The notes beneath the pieces were generated by a model. It was not told the DNA's origin and ran no database searches. It saw only the letters and a list, made by a program, of their open reading frames with translations. The position numbers were made by a program, and so were the translations under genes. A DNA stretch of 64,000 bases from Corallochytrium limacisporum Hawaii (taxonomy: Eukaryota; Protista; Pluriformea): positions 5,861 to 69,860 of the forward strand of contig PDIP01000047.1 in NCBI GenBank assembly GCA_002811645.1, in the 5' to 3' direction. This document shows positions 10,789 to 22,045 of the stretch, one piece after another. Numbering within the stretch: position 1 is the stretch's first letter; each line of letters starts with the position of its first letter.

Positions 10789-10893
10789 AAGCAGGCCTCA
10801 AGTCCTTGAAGGAAATCCTATCAAATGCTTTGCACAATTACCTTGACAACTCTTATAGTGTTACAATATATTCACCATGATTATTTGGCTTGA

Positions 10894-13800
10894 CTAGTAG
10901 TTTGTTCCATTCGCATTCTCCTTCAAAGGTGCTTTGCCCTTGCCCTTGTTCTTGGACGCCGGCATCTTGGCCTTGTCGGGCTGTTTGCCCTTGCCATGGT
11001 GCCCGTGGCCATTGCCATTGGGATGCTCTGATCCATTTGCGGGGACATGATGGTAGTTCCCATTGGTGCTGCCATTGACTGGCCCAGGACCGTTTCCAGT
11101 GGATGCTGGTGGGTGAACACCCTTTGGCACAGTGTCCAGGGGTGGTTTCTTGTGCTCGCCCTTGCCTTTCTTGTCTTCCTCAACAATTTTGGGCAGTGCG
11201 GTCTCGTTCTGCTTCTTCGGCTTACTTGACTGTTGCTGCTGCTGGTCCGTGCGCAAGAACTGCTTCTGCAAGTCACGGTAGCGCTGCATGTCCGCCTCGC
11301 TCACACTCGGTTTGATGTTAGCAACGGCGTACTCCAAGTCCTCTTGGCGTAAGATTATCTTTGGTTGCTTCGGTGCCTTGTCCTCCGGACCACCACTTTC
11401 GGCATACTTTGCCTTTGCGGCTTCAAACTCAGTGATCGTACGACGCAGGGCCTGCATCATGGCACTGCTGCAGAGGGCATAGTAGTCGGCGCCAGTGAGA
11501 CCCTTGGGACACCGGCGTACAATGGACAGAAGGTCGACGTCCACATCAACGTTCAGCTTCCGGGTTTGAGCCTCGACAATCTTTAGTGCGGCACGTTCAT
11601 CCTCGCTGACGCCCAAGTACAGCAGACGATCAAAACGGCCTGGACGAAGCAGAGCGGGATCGATCAGATCTGGTCGATTGGTAGCACCAATTACAAACAC
11701 TTTTTCGCCGGAGTCCATACCGTCGATTTCCGCCAGCAGCTGGGACACGATACGATCCATTACACCGCCAGAATCGCCGCTCTTGCCACGGGCCGGAGCC
11801 AGTGAGTCCAACTCATCGAAGAAAATGACACAAGGGGCAGCGTTCCTACCACGCTCAAAGATTTGTCGAATGTTCTTCTCAGACTGTCCAATGTACATGT
11901 TGATCAGCTCAGGACCCTTGACACTTAGGAAGTTTAGATTGCATTCCGTAGCCACAGCCTTTGCCACCAGTGTCTTACCAGTACCGGGGGGTCCGTAGAG
12001 CAAGACACCACTGCGACTAAGACCACCGGCAAAGAGCTCGGGCCTCTGCAATGGCAACTCAACCAAGTCCAGAATTTCTTCCTTGACCTTTTCCATGCCG
12101 CCAATGTCTTCCCAGAACACGTTCGGCTTCTTGAGCACACCAATGCTCTCCTTCTTGGAACCCTTCCATCGGTCTACACCATAGTCGACATCTTCGGAGG
12201 TCAGGCAAAGACCTGGTCCTGTGAGGAAATGACCAAACTGCCGGCCAATCGCTGCGGAAGCAATCTCATCGTCACTACTGTACTCGGCCATGAGCGCGTC
12301 CGCAGCGTGGCGGAAGGCATGCTCCACTACCATGGTCAGCTCCAGGGGCAAAATGCCCACGGTCAGCTCGGCAAGTTTCCGGATGGTAAGCTCTTGGCTG
12401 AGCTGGAGATTCACAGGATGACGGTCAAGCAGCTTGCGGAGCATAACTTCCCGTTCTTCAAGCTTTGGTGGTTTCAATTCAATCTCATGACTGAAAAGAG
12501 CCCGGCAGTCGATTGAAAGATCTTCCACATCACGAACTGTGGCAATTACAGTCATGGGGTGTTCGCTCTTGTGATCCATCAGGCGACGAAGCGTGGAGGC
12601 AACATGAACAGCTGCACGGTCCCCACTACCAGACGGATCATCTCCAGCAGGTGCCAACACATCAACGTTGCGCATGAAGAAGACTACAGGAGCACAGCGA
12701 CGAGCAGCTGCGAACTGGCTCTCCAAAACCTCGTCCAATCCGGCCCCACTCAGACCCGAAAAGGCGGAGCAATTGATCTCTAAGAAATCCACGCCGTTGG
12801 CAGCAGCTGCAGCACTCGCAATTGCTCGTTTCCCTGAGCTCATTGGTCCGATGAGAATAGCCGAGACCGAATTTGCACGACTACCTGAAAAAGAGTGAGC
12901 GTGGAAGTTCATACCAATGACCTTCTCTAGCTGAATCATGTTGTGGAAGGGAATGCTTTCCGAATGGTCATGCATATCCAAGGGGCCAGAAGATTTCTCG
13001 CCATCACGTTGCGCAAGCACTTCTGAAATCAGCTTGAGATGAGCATCTTTGGCAACCTTTCTGTACACCGAGTGAAGCGGTAGTAGGAAGTCACCCAACG
13101 GCTCATAAAGCTCCAATGGGAGCCGTTTTGGCTGTGAGATGCCCTCCTGCACAATTCGTGTAGTGTCAGCCCTGACCAACAAAAACCCGTCAGTGGCATC
13201 TGAAGAACCACTGATTTCATTCACAGTGAACCAGACCAAATCTGGTGTCACAGTTGCAGTCCGTGGATCCTTCGTGAAATCAATCATCGTTTGTCCGTCC
13301 CCAGATGATCCCACTAGTGGAATGGCAATCACATCTCCTTTCTTTAGCAATCTTGTTGCAGATGCAAAGTACTGCCGCAAGGCAGTCGAAATTCCACTGG
13401 CCCGAAGGTATGTTGAAGTAACCACTTGACGAAGCACAAGTCTGTCAGCCACTGCAACGGGAGATCCCCCGTTTCGGGATGCATTCAAAGCATGGAGTTT
13501 CCCGGTCCAGCTCAGTGGCTCGCTTGGTCTAGAAATCTGCTGTAAGACATCCCGAGACACAACGGCGGACGTGTCATTCATTGGCGCATCCCAAACACGA
13601 ACTTGGACAAGCCGTTTAACATGACGCTTCTCATCCATCGGCGCTCCTAGATGAAGGTAGGCGTAGCCTCCTGTTACCAAATCGTTGGCAGCCATGGCAC
13701 GCCATCCAAGCCAGATTGTTCCCGTAGTAATAGTGGAAATTGTGGCGTACCCTTCCTCATATAGTGGGGCTGGCATAATATGGTACTCCGCGTGTGCACC

Positions 13801-14694
13801 TCCCGGCTCGTCACATGCGGATCCACTCTTCGATGAACTGTTGGAATTTGGAGAGATCTGGTCGTTGCCAGAGCTCCCTTTTCTCTTCAGATACCGTGAC
13901 CCTTGTCCACGAAGACTAGGTGGACGCAAATTCTGCAACAAAAAGGTAGACTCTCCGTGATCCCCGTAGTAGTGGTCTTCGAGCGAGTTGGATTTGGCAA
14001 GGGTTCCCGCTTCGGACATTGGTTTCATATTCAGCTTTCGAAATGCTCCCAGTAACAGCGGTTGTGTAGGCAGCTCAACAGTCCGCTCTACCGGTGCATT
14101 TGTCGCCTTGTGACCATCAGTGTTTTGGTTGGAGGGCTTTACCGACGGCAGTACAACAAACTCTGTACCATCTGAGTCCACCACTGCTTGCGTGCAAGGA
14201 TGCGTTTCCAATACTTTCACTTTCCCCGGCATACTTGGGGCCTGTAGAATTTCTCCAGTGCGAGCTATGGAATCTCCAGCACTGAAAAGATCATACAAGT
14301 CTTGCGACTGCTCTGAGAGAGCCTTGTACGAGTCGTGGTCTTGGGCCTCCAAAACAACGACGGTAGCTACTGGCAGAGTGTGCAACGCTGCCATGCTTAG
14401 CACATCGCCCCGCTGGAAACCATGGCGCTCCGCAAAATTTGCAGATAAACTGCAGATTCCCTTTGTACAACTAGAACTATTTGACTTTGCAGTGACCACT
14501 AATCTATGTTGAGGTCCCTTTAACGGCCGCAAGAGCACTGGCCCGACATGAGGCCGCCAACAGGTCAGACTGACATATGCCGGCTCAGTCCCCGCTAACT
14601 TACCAAAGACCGCTTTGTAGTCGGTCTCTGATAAGTGTAAAACGGTTCGATCTGGGTCATCGTTGTCGATGACCAAGGAGAACGAACCTGGCAT
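10894..14694 (-). CDS. PEX6: Peroxisomal AAA+ ATPase peroxin-6
   Basis: Degenerate D1 (GPMSSGKR) and canonical D2 (PNVFWEDIGG, GPPGTGKT, SVKGPELINMYIGQSE, IFFDELDSLAP, GDSGGVMDRIVSQLL, TGADYYALCS). Intronless. Confidence 0.95.
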   Translation of the reverse strand: MPGSFSLVIDNDDPDRTVLHLSETDYKAVFGKLAGTEPAYVSLTCWRPHVGPVLLRPLKGPQHRLVVTAKSNSSSCTKGICSLSANFAERHGFQRGDVLSMAALHTLPVATVVVLEAQDHDSYKALSEQSQDLYDLFSAGDSIARTGEILQAPSMPGKVKVLETHPCTQAVVDSDGTEFVVLPSVKPSNQNTDGHKATNAPVERTVELPTQPLLLGAFRKLNMKPMSEAGTLAKSNSLEDHYYGDHGESTFLLQNLRPPSLRGQGSRYLKRKGSSGNDQISPNSNSSSKSGSACDEPGGAHAEYHIMPAPLYEEGYATISTITTGTIWLGWRAMAANDLVTGGYAYLHLGAPMDEKRHVKRLVQVRVWDAPMNDTSAVVSRDVLQQISRPSEPLSWTGKLHALNASRNGGSPVAVADRLVLRQVVTSTYLRASGISTALRQYFASATRLLKKGDVIAIPLVGSSGDGQTMIDFTKDPRTATVTPDLVWFTVNEISGSSDATDGFLLVRADTTRIVQEGISQPKRLPLELYEPLGDFLLPLHSVYRKVAKDAHLKLISEVLAQRDGEKSSGPLDMHDHSESIPFHNMIQLEKVIGMNFHAHSFSGSRANSVSAILIGPMSSGKRAIASAAAAANGVDFLEINCSAFSGLSGAGLDEVLESQFAAARRCAPVVFFMRNVDVLAPAGDDPSGSGDRAAVHVASTLRRLMDHKSEHPMTVIATVRDVEDLSIDCRALFSHEIELKPPKLEEREVMLRKLLDRHPVNLQLSQELTIRKLAELTVGILPLELTMVVEHAFRHAADALMAEYSSDDEIASAAIGRQFGHFLTGPGLCLTSEDVDYGVDRWKGSKKESIGVLKKPNVFWEDIGGMEKVKEEILDLVELPLQRPELFAGGLSRSGVLLYGPPGTGKTLVAKAVATECNLNFLSVKGPELINMYIGQSEKNIRQIFERGRNAAPCVIFFDELDSLAPARGKSGDSGGVMDRIVSQLLAEIDGMDSGEKVFVIGATNRPDLIDPALLRPGRFDRLLYLGVSEDERAALKIVEAQTRKLNVDVDVDLLSIVRRCPKGLTGADYYALCSSAMMQALRRTITEFEAAKAKYAESGGPEDKAPKQPKIILRQEDLEYAVANIKPSVSEADMQRYRDLQKQFLRTDQQQQQSSKPKKQNETALPKIVEEDKKGKGEHKKPPLDTVPKGVHPPASTGNGPGPVNGSTNGNYHHVPANGSEHPNGNGHGHHGKGKQPDKAKMPASKNKGKGKAPLKENANGTNY

Positions 14695-15324
14695 GGCCAC
14701 GTCTAAGTGCCACCAATTTAGCTTCTATCTATTCTTCCTTTCTCAAAGAGAACATGGTTTATTTCTATGTCACGCAAATAAAATACCGTGTGTTTTGTCT
14801 CTGGTCATACCTCGAAAAACAATACGCACCGATCCAGTAGCCATGCAAGGCTCCGCTGAAATACCTCAAGTCGGTGGAAGGATCCTACGCGTCTGCACTC
14901 ACGTAGCGGAGGAAAATGGAGTGGGCGGCGAGAACCCCCACCCCCCGGGGGCTCCCTCACTCCGTTGTTCGGGCGCTCCCTGCCACTCTTCTACTTCTCC
15001 CTTGCAGTCCCAACTGGGGCCTCCACAAAGGCTTATTATTGCCCACACCACCCTTCTTCCGCAGGCTCATTTTCGGGATAGCATACTGCGGCTGGGCCCC
15101 TTTGCGACGAGGAGGAGGAAGGAAGAAGGCGAGGGGTTGTTGCGCATGGAGACACGCCCCAGACCTACCCAAAAAATTGATATTATGATGCGGACAAAAC
15201 TTTGTCCACTATTTTAGTATATATTTTGCGTTATTATGATTTGAATGAGGAGTCATTCTACCAGACCTTTTCCAACCGGTGTCGACTCCCCGTCGATCTG
15301 CGCAACCGATGCAACTGGGAGTCT

Positions 15325-15459
15325 CCCCCGGGGGGGGGGCAGGCAGGGCAGCGAGCCGTCAGTAGCGAATTAGAACTGGGACCGCTGTTGCTAAAAATAT
15401 CTTCCCCTCCTTCGCCCCGGTTTCCTCTCTTCCCCCCCCCCCCGGGGGGGTCCCCGGGG
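15325..15459. promoter_or_regulatory. CnGn palindromes (C5G10, C12G7, C4G4) in the PEX6/aminotransferase divergent region
   Basis: Seen directly; function inferred. Confidence 0.5.
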
Positions 15460-16179
15460 CCTCGGGCCGTACTTCTTTTTTTTCTTTTCTTTTCAGCTTC
15501 CCACTCCAGCTCGGCTCGGACCCTTGAGAAGGGGGCGGGGTATATAATTTGGGTCCTGGTAGGCATCATTCCCTTCCCCTCTCCCCTCTCCACCTCTCGC
15601 CGAGAGGAATTTGATATACCTACTCCAAGGCGCCCAAAATATACGTTACCCAGGACGAGGTTTGAAAGCGAGAATGAGCCAATATAAATGTAAGGAACCG
15701 TGATATACTGAGTGGCCTACATTTACTATGCGCAACGGTGACGGTAAGGCCGGACGAGCGCGACAGTTTCTGCGTAATTCGTCGGACTAGTTTCACCCCA
15801 CCCTTCCTTCCACACACACTCTCTCTCACTGGTCGATGTGTTCGCTGTGATTTGTTCAACCAGAACCGTCAGCACCTGTGCAAAGTAGGAACCATGCAAT
15901 AAATCACTTAGGTAGGAGGGCCGGAAGAGCGGTGGTCCGTGCACCGATGCGTGGACGGGAAGTCACTCTGTTGCAATGGGACAACTGCAAGAGCTTGTAT
16001 ACACCGTCAAGGTAGATCAAAGGCCAGAGTCCGCACCTGGTGGTCTCAGTTTCTGCTGAAGTGGATTGAAACTTGATAAGTGTGAGTTGTTGAGCTAGAA
16101 AGCAGATACTTTACTTGCAAACAGTATGTATCCTTGATCGACAGTTTCTTTGAGTAGATCGGATCAAGTAGAATCAATA

Positions 16180-17436
16180 ATGTCGGAGACTAATGGACAT
16201 GTTGTGGAGGTTGATTTTGGCTCTTTGAACCCGCGGGTGGAGGCCATGAAGCCTTCTGCCACGGGAGCACTCTTCTCCGTGGTTGCGGACATGGAGCGTC
16301 AAGGAACTAAGGTCCTTCGTCTGAATGTCGGTGAACCAGACTTTTCTGCGCCTCCAGAAGTGATTGCGGGAGGAATGAAGACCCTCACTGATGGGGATAC
16401 GTTCTACACCGAGAATCAGGGATCAATGGCACTGCGTCAGAGTATCTGCAAGAAATTGGAGCGTGACAACGGACTGAAATACACTCCGCAACAGGTTGTT
16501 GTAAGCAACGGCGCGAAACAGAGCATCCAGCAGGTGATCATGGCCCTTGTACGCCCTGGAGATGAGGTTATTGTACCTGCCCCTTTCTGGGTGTCGTATC
16601 CTGAGATGGTCCGGTACGCGGGTGGTATTCCCGTCATGGTTAATACCGAACCGGAGAATGGCTTCTGCCTGACTGCGGAACAACTCAAGCAGGCCCTTAC
16701 GGAAAAGACTCGGATCCTTATTTTATGCAGTCCAAGCAATCCAACAGGTGGCATTTACTCTGAGACTCTACTGAAGGAGCTTGCTAGCGTGCTACGGGAG
16801 TGCGCACCAGCTGACTGCGCCGTTTTGACGGATGAAATCTATGAGTACATCAACTTCGGCGACGTGCCCCATTGTAGTATGGCTGCGCTGTCATCGGATA
16901 TGTACGCAAGAACGTTTACGGTCAATGGCTTCAGCAAGGGATACGCAATGACGGGATTTCGCCTCGGATATGTAGCTGCTCCAACTACAAAACTGGCTGG
17001 TATTCTGTCCCGTATCCAGGGCCAGACCACCGGCTGTCCTTCCTCTGTGTCCCAGCGAGCAGGCATCTCTGGCCTGGAAGAGCTGAAACCTGAGTACTTT
17101 GAGAAGATCGCAAACGTCTACAAGGAACGTCGCGACTGCTGCATGAAGATCCTGCGGAAGACCAACCTGAAGTTGCATGTACCACCGGGCGCATTCTACC
17201 TGTTCCCGCTGGTAGACCACCTCTACGGCAAGACATACTCTCACAACGGGGAGATTAAGACCATCAAGAACAGCTATGACATGGCCGGATACCTCCTCGC
17301 AGTGGGCAAGGTGGCACTTATGCCAGGTGCTCCATTCGGTGATGATCGCGGCATCCGTATTGCATACGCAAACAGCATCGAGAACCTCACGGAAGCAATG
17401 GAGGCCATTGTTTCGGCAATCAATGCCTTAGAATAG
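16180..17436 (+). CDS. PLP-dependent aspartate aminotransferase, class Ib (bacterial AspC / plant prephenate aminotransferase-like)
   Basis: PSAT, GEPDF, SNGAKQS, PFWVSY, CSPSNPTG, DEIYE and the PLP-lysine motif NGFSKGYAMTGFRLGY. Confidence 0.92.
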   Translation: MSETNGHVVEVDFGSLNPRVEAMKPSATGALFSVVADMERQGTKVLRLNVGEPDFSAPPEVIAGGMKTLTDGDTFYTENQGSMALRQSICKKLERDNGLKYTPQQVVVSNGAKQSIQQVIMALVRPGDEVIVPAPFWVSYPEMVRYAGGIPVMVNTEPENGFCLTAEQLKQALTEKTRILILCSPSNPTGGIYSETLLKELASVLRECAPADCAVLTDEIYEYINFGDVPHCSMAALSSDMYARTFTVNGFSKGYAMTGFRLGYVAAPTTKLAGILSRIQGQTTGCPSSVSQRAGISGLEELKPEYFEKIANVYKERRDCCMKILRKTNLKLHVPPGAFYLFPLVDHLYGKTYSHNGEIKTIKNSYDMAGYLLAVGKVALMPGAPFGDDRGIRIAYANSIENLTEAMEAIVSAINALE

Positions 17437-17503
17437 GTTGGACATGTTTCGTGTTTCAATATATTTGTATTTTAGTGCACAATTTGTATGACAATTAGAA
17501 CGT

Positions 17504-19387
17504 TTATGCGGCACGACTGAAGAGAACAATGCTCTCCGTCAAGTCACGCGATGCCTCCTTGTCGAACAGACTAAGCTTGAGGATGCCATCGGCAGTGACA
17601 TCGACACCTACCGTGACATCACCTTTAACCTCGCCGAGAGATGCAGTTAGCAGGTCAGTCTGTTTGCTCTGAGCGGCATCCTCGGCGACCAGTGCCACAG
17701 TGACGCCCTTACCGTTGCCGGCCTTGCACTCCAGAGTGGCGTGGCACGGAACGTTGGTATTTTCGCGGAAGACGGTCACATCACAACCGTCACCTTTCAT
17801 CTTGATTGAGATGGGCAGGCCCTCTACCTCCCTTTGCGCCTCACGGGCCCAGACCTTACGGGCTGAGTGTCCGCGCAGGAAATAAGCCTGCAGAGCCGAG
17901 CCTAGGGCAGCCAAATCGTCCAAAGATGTGTACTGGTTGATGGAGTCCTCAAGTTGTCCCTTGGGGAACATGCCAGCAATGGCATTGCGGAGCTTGGCAA
18001 TATTTCCACACCCACCGCACACGATGACCTCATCAACCGCATCGGCAGATACATTGGCCTCGGCCAAAGACTTTGTCACCGTGTCCTTCACGGCAGCAAT
18101 GGCACCGTCCAGCAGCATTTCGAAGCGGCCCTTGTGCATCTTACCCTGAAAATCAACACCTTCGTGCAGGGAGTCCACGCTAACAGCCGCGTTTTCTGTT
18201 CCAGAACTGATGGTCTTCTTTACTTCCTCGCAGGCAGCCACCAGCTTCTTTTGTGACCGTTTCGATTCCATTAGATCCATGCGGGTCTTGCGCTTGAATT
18301 CCTCAGCAAAGTGTTTCATCAGAGCTTGGTCGATGGTACCACCTGACGCAGAATCACTGCGCTGTTCGCTGACCTTAGTATACAGGCCGTGACGAGCCAT
18401 ATAGATGGAGCTACTGTGGGCAGTGCCGCCGATATCGACAACAGCAACAACATATCCCGCCGCTGGCTCGCTGTGTTCCTCGCTCTTCTCGCCCTTGCGA
18501 TCGTGTTTCTCCCGCTCTCCGACACCCATAGCCATAATGGAGGCCATCGGGCTGTTAATGATTCGCAAGCAAGCCATGCCAGCCTCCTTGCACGCACTAC
18601 GAACCAGGTTCAGAACCACTGGATGGCTCTCATGATCGAATCCTGCAGGGATACTGACCACGCAGGACCTCACAGAAGAATGTGTGTAGCTTTCGGCAGT
18701 GACGCGAAGATTGTCAAAAAGAGAAGTGAGCAATTTGCGTGCAGGAATGGTTCCGTCACGCTCATCTTCACTCTCTGTGGCCAGATCAGGCAAAGCAACA
18801 AGAGGACCAATGGGGCTTTCATCAGCCTCCGTGTCGGCCTTAGCAGGTTCCATGACGGAGTAGGAAGCGAGTCCAAGTTTCCGCAGCGTAGTGAGCCTCT
18901 GTTCACGCTGCTCAGCTTCTGCAGCAGCAATCATGTCAATGATACCCATCGCGACACTTCCCGGGAATCGAATGAGACGGCTCTTGGCGCTAGCACCCAC
19001 ATCGAAGTGCTGAGTACCATCCTCATCGTTTACGACGGAAACAGCAGCGCTTGTGGCTCGGTGACCGTCCGCATTCGCAACCACAGAGGCAGCTGTGTTT
19101 AGGACAGTCTTTGCGTTGGTCCAGCCACCTTGCAGACCCGAAGAGTCAGCGTCGATGACTGCAACTCGGCAAGACGACGAACCAATGTCAATGCCGATGC
19201 ACCAGCGAGAGTCAGCAGTGTCATCGTACAGGTCCAGAGAGGCCTTGACAGGGGTTTCCTCCTTCTTTTGTGGAGTTTCCTTGACCGGAGTACTGGGTGC
19301 GGATTCACCGCGGCCAGCAGCTGCTGCAGCTGCAGCTGCCTGAGCCTTGGCCTTCTTGCCGCCCTTCCTATTTCCCTTAGGAGCCAT
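17504..19387 (-). CDS. HSPA14: Atypical Hsp70, HSPA14/Ssz1-like (ribosome-associated complex subunit)
   Basis: GIDIGSSS, VANADGHRAT, VVDIGG, HFAEEFKRK, DSLHEGVDF and VCGG motifs. Truncated substrate-binding domain without lid or EEVD. Confidence 0.75.
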   Translation of the reverse strand: MAPKGNRKGGKKAKAQAAAAAAAAGRGESAPSTPVKETPQKKEETPVKASLDLYDDTADSRWCIGIDIGSSSCRVAVIDADSSGLQGGWTNAKTVLNTAASVVANADGHRATSAAVSVVNDEDGTQHFDVGASAKSRLIRFPGSVAMGIIDMIAAAEAEQREQRLTTLRKLGLASYSVMEPAKADTEADESPIGPLVALPDLATESEDERDGTIPARKLLTSLFDNLRVTAESYTHSSVRSCVVSIPAGFDHESHPVVLNLVRSACKEAGMACLRIINSPMASIMAMGVGEREKHDRKGEKSEEHSEPAAGYVVAVVDIGGTAHSSSIYMARHGLYTKVSEQRSDSASGGTIDQALMKHFAEEFKRKTRMDLMESKRSQKKLVAACEEVKKTISSGTENAAVSVDSLHEGVDFQGKMHKGRFEMLLDGAIAAVKDTVTKSLAEANVSADAVDEVIVCGGCGNIAKLRNAIAGMFPKGQLEDSINQYTSLDDLAALGSALQAYFLRGHSARKVWAREAQREVEGLPISIKMKGDGCDVTVFRENTNVPCHATLECKAGNGKGVTVALVAEDAAQSKQTDLLTASLGEVKGDVTVGVDVTADGILKLSLFDKEASRDLTESIVLFSRAA

Positions 19388-19582
19388 AGCGATTCAGTAT
19401 ACGATCTGGAACACTATGTTTAAGTTCCAATATATTAACAATAAAATTTAATATTTCAGAGCACGATCCACTTATACGTTACGCACACAACTTGCCGACT
19501 TTAGAACAGTCTTGTTAAACACCGCACGCTGGCCTGCCAGAGAGTGTACGTGAGACTCGCCCCCTCCCAATCTCGTTCGCGT

Positions 19583-19603
19583 GGGGGGGGGGGGGGGGGG
19601 GGG
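19583..19603. promoter_or_regulatory. G21 homopolymer in the HSPA14/RPS25 divergent promoter
   Basis: 21 consecutive Gs seen directly. The regulatory role is inferred from recurrence upstream of most genes. Confidence 0.5.
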
Positions 19604-20432
19604 AGGGGTGGTTGGGGGAAACCAGGGTCGAGCATTTTCGCGGTTCCAACAGAGAGTCCTCGGTAGAGTGGCTTCCGGATTTTCGGGTCCACGGTCCCCC
19701 CACCCTCTTCTTTCGCGCCCAAGATCTCACCGAACTCCCAAGCGCTGTTACATCCTTCGGCGCTCGCCCAAGTTTTCTTCCTACAGGCGTCGGTTTTGTG
19801 GCTGCACTGGGACGCGAAACGGAAAACAAGGAAGTATGGAAGGCCGGAGTTTCCCCATATATTGAGTACGGACAAAGTCGCCCAGAGCCAGGGCCCGTCT
19901 CCCCACCGTGTCCCACCATGCGGGTCAATGGCCTTGATTCGACACAGTATTTTAATATTTTCACACACACAAAATTTTAAACACACAATTGAACAAGTTT
20001 GATTTTCGTTTTCGCCAATAAAGGGGTCAGCAATTTGTGAGATATTTTCTTACCCGGTTGGGTCCGAGCTTATATACATTGTGTATGAACACCGCTGCCA
20101 TAGGTACCTGCATAGTAAACATACCAAAGGCCTACCCATTTGTCTTTGCTGCATACATTGTGCACCACAGGCATGTGCCGTGGCAGAGACTCTGCGGACC
20201 CCAGCGCTTGACTATACTTATGTGACAGATAGTGGAACGGCTGGTATACCTTTGGTTAGGTGGCTAGCAGGGACACGCAGTGGCCAATGACAGTTTGGGA
20301 ACACGTCTTATACAGAAAATTGTATTGCACTATGCACGTAGGTTATTGATAGGTATAAGTAAGTTATGATCTAGTCAACCTCTAATGTGATTACTAAATC
20401 TTTACTCCGGGAATAATAACTAGGTAGTCAAT

Positions 20433-20774
20433 ATGCCGCCTAAGGTTCAGAAGTCCAAGGAAGCCAAGGCCAAGGCCGCCGCGGCCGGTGGTAAGGCCAA
20501 GAAGAAGAAGTGGAATAAGGGTAAGGTCCGCGATAAGCTGGAGAACGCCGTTATGTTTGACAAGGCCACTTACGCTAAGTTCGAGAAGGAGGTGCCCTCT
20601 TACAAGCTGATCACCCCCGCCATCGTTTCCGAGCGCATGAAGGTTCGCGGTTCTCTTGCTCGCGCTGCTCTGAAGGAGCTCGAAGAGAAGGGTGTTATCA
20701 AGCCTGTTGTCAAGAGCCACGCTCAGCTCATTTACACCCGCGCTGTCGGTGGTGATGAGGAGGCCGAGGCCTAA
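20433..20774 (+). CDS. RPS25: 40S ribosomal protein eS25
   Basis: MPPK start, [34 protein letters not shown]; strong codon bias. Confidence 0.98.
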   Translation: MPPKVQKSKEAKAKAAAAGGKAKKKKWNKGKVRDKLENAVMFDKATYAKFEKEVPSYKLITPAIVSERMKVRGSLARAALKELEEKGVIKPVVKSHAQLIYTRAVGGDEEAEA

Positions 20775-21149
20775 ATCGGGTTTTCTATTCACATTATGCT
20801 CCGGCATCTACATTTTTCAATTAGCTTTTTCATTTCCGTACATGTATCAAAAATCAGTGCATAGAATCTTAAGAATTATTTAATTCGAAAACCATGGGCC
20901 TGCTGTGTTTATTTTTTTGTCCGTATGCCACAAATGCGACATGACATAGGGACAGAGTAGCTATTGTCGTTCAATCATGTCTGTGTAGATGCTGCTTGCC
21001 ATTGCCTCCGACTCTACTTGTGAGTGTGCTAATCCTTCTTCAGGTACAAGCTGCGGAATCTTCATCTTTACATTACTATCTGTGTACGAGAATATTCTAC
21101 ATGTGGCGATATTGAGAATTCCTACAAAGTTTTATATCTTGCTCATGCT

Positions 21150-21578
21150 CTAGGTCGGATTCGGTTTGGGTGGCTTCGCCTTAACCTTGTCGAACCTTTC
21201 TTCCAATTGGTTCACAATATTCTCTACTTCTTGAACAGCGATCTCAAGGTTCGTTACACTCTCCTGGAGTTCGTGGTAGGGCTTCAAGCGCGTAAAGACC
21301 TTGTCCAATTCCTTTTCACAGGTGATGGCTCTGCGCGCGATTGTGTCCGTTTGTACTCGCATCTCTCTGAAGTCTTTGGCAAGATTGACATTGACGGCTT
21401 TAAGAAGTTCATAGTCAATGAGGGCTCCCTGGACCTCTGCCCGCAGATAGTCCTCGATCGCAGCAAACATCTCTTCTCCAGCTACCTGTACATCTCCCGT
21501 GGGCCCTTCACTGCCGGATGCCTGCGATTCCGTGGGCTCACTGCCTGCTCCTTCGGTCTTTGCTTGGTCGTCTGTCAT
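21150..21578 (-). CDS. BLOC1S2: BLOC-1/BORC subunit 2
   Basis: MFAAIEDYLRAE...DYELLKAVN...LQESVTNLEIAV...LEERF coiled coil matches the BLOC1S2 pattern. First ATG at 21578. Confidence 0.8.
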   Translation of the reverse strand: MTDDQAKTEGAGSEPTESQASGSEGPTGDVQVAGEEMFAAIEDYLRAEVQGALIDYELLKAVNVNLAKDFREMRVQTDTIARRAITCEKELDKVFTRLKPYHELQESVTNLEIAVQEVENIVNQLEERFDKVKAKPPKPNPT

Positions 21579-22045
21579 GACTATACAATTCCAACAAGAC
21601 TTACTATCAGGCTGCGTCAAACTCAGGGCGTGATCATACACTGTAACGAAGTTTCCAAACAGTTGATCACCTGTGGCTGACCTATATCGGCAAGCAAACT
21701 CGATATTTCCAACCAATAGAAACTGTGGCAGAGTTAACGATTACAAGTGTAATTGCAATACTACACCGTAAATATATCTGAATAACTACATCAGTATCAT
21801 GCACTACGCTGTTGGTCCCTTTGAAACTTAAATAGCTCACTGCCTCGCGTTGCGCCAAAGGGGTACTTTTACTATGCACCGCGGGCAGCCCGTACGGGCG
21901 AGGTTCGGAAGGGGAAAGGCCCGATGTGGGGAGGGCAAAGACAAAACATAGGAAAGACGGCAGGGTTCGGCTGATGACTGATAATACTAGTTTCTTTAAC
22001 AAAGGTAGTAGATTCTGAAGTATGATGATGACCCAAGCAGCCATG

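Noticed and set aside
16128-16140. GTATCCTT U12-type donor upstream of the aminotransferase
   Set aside because: No U12 branch site or acceptor at a workable distance before the ATG; probably chance.
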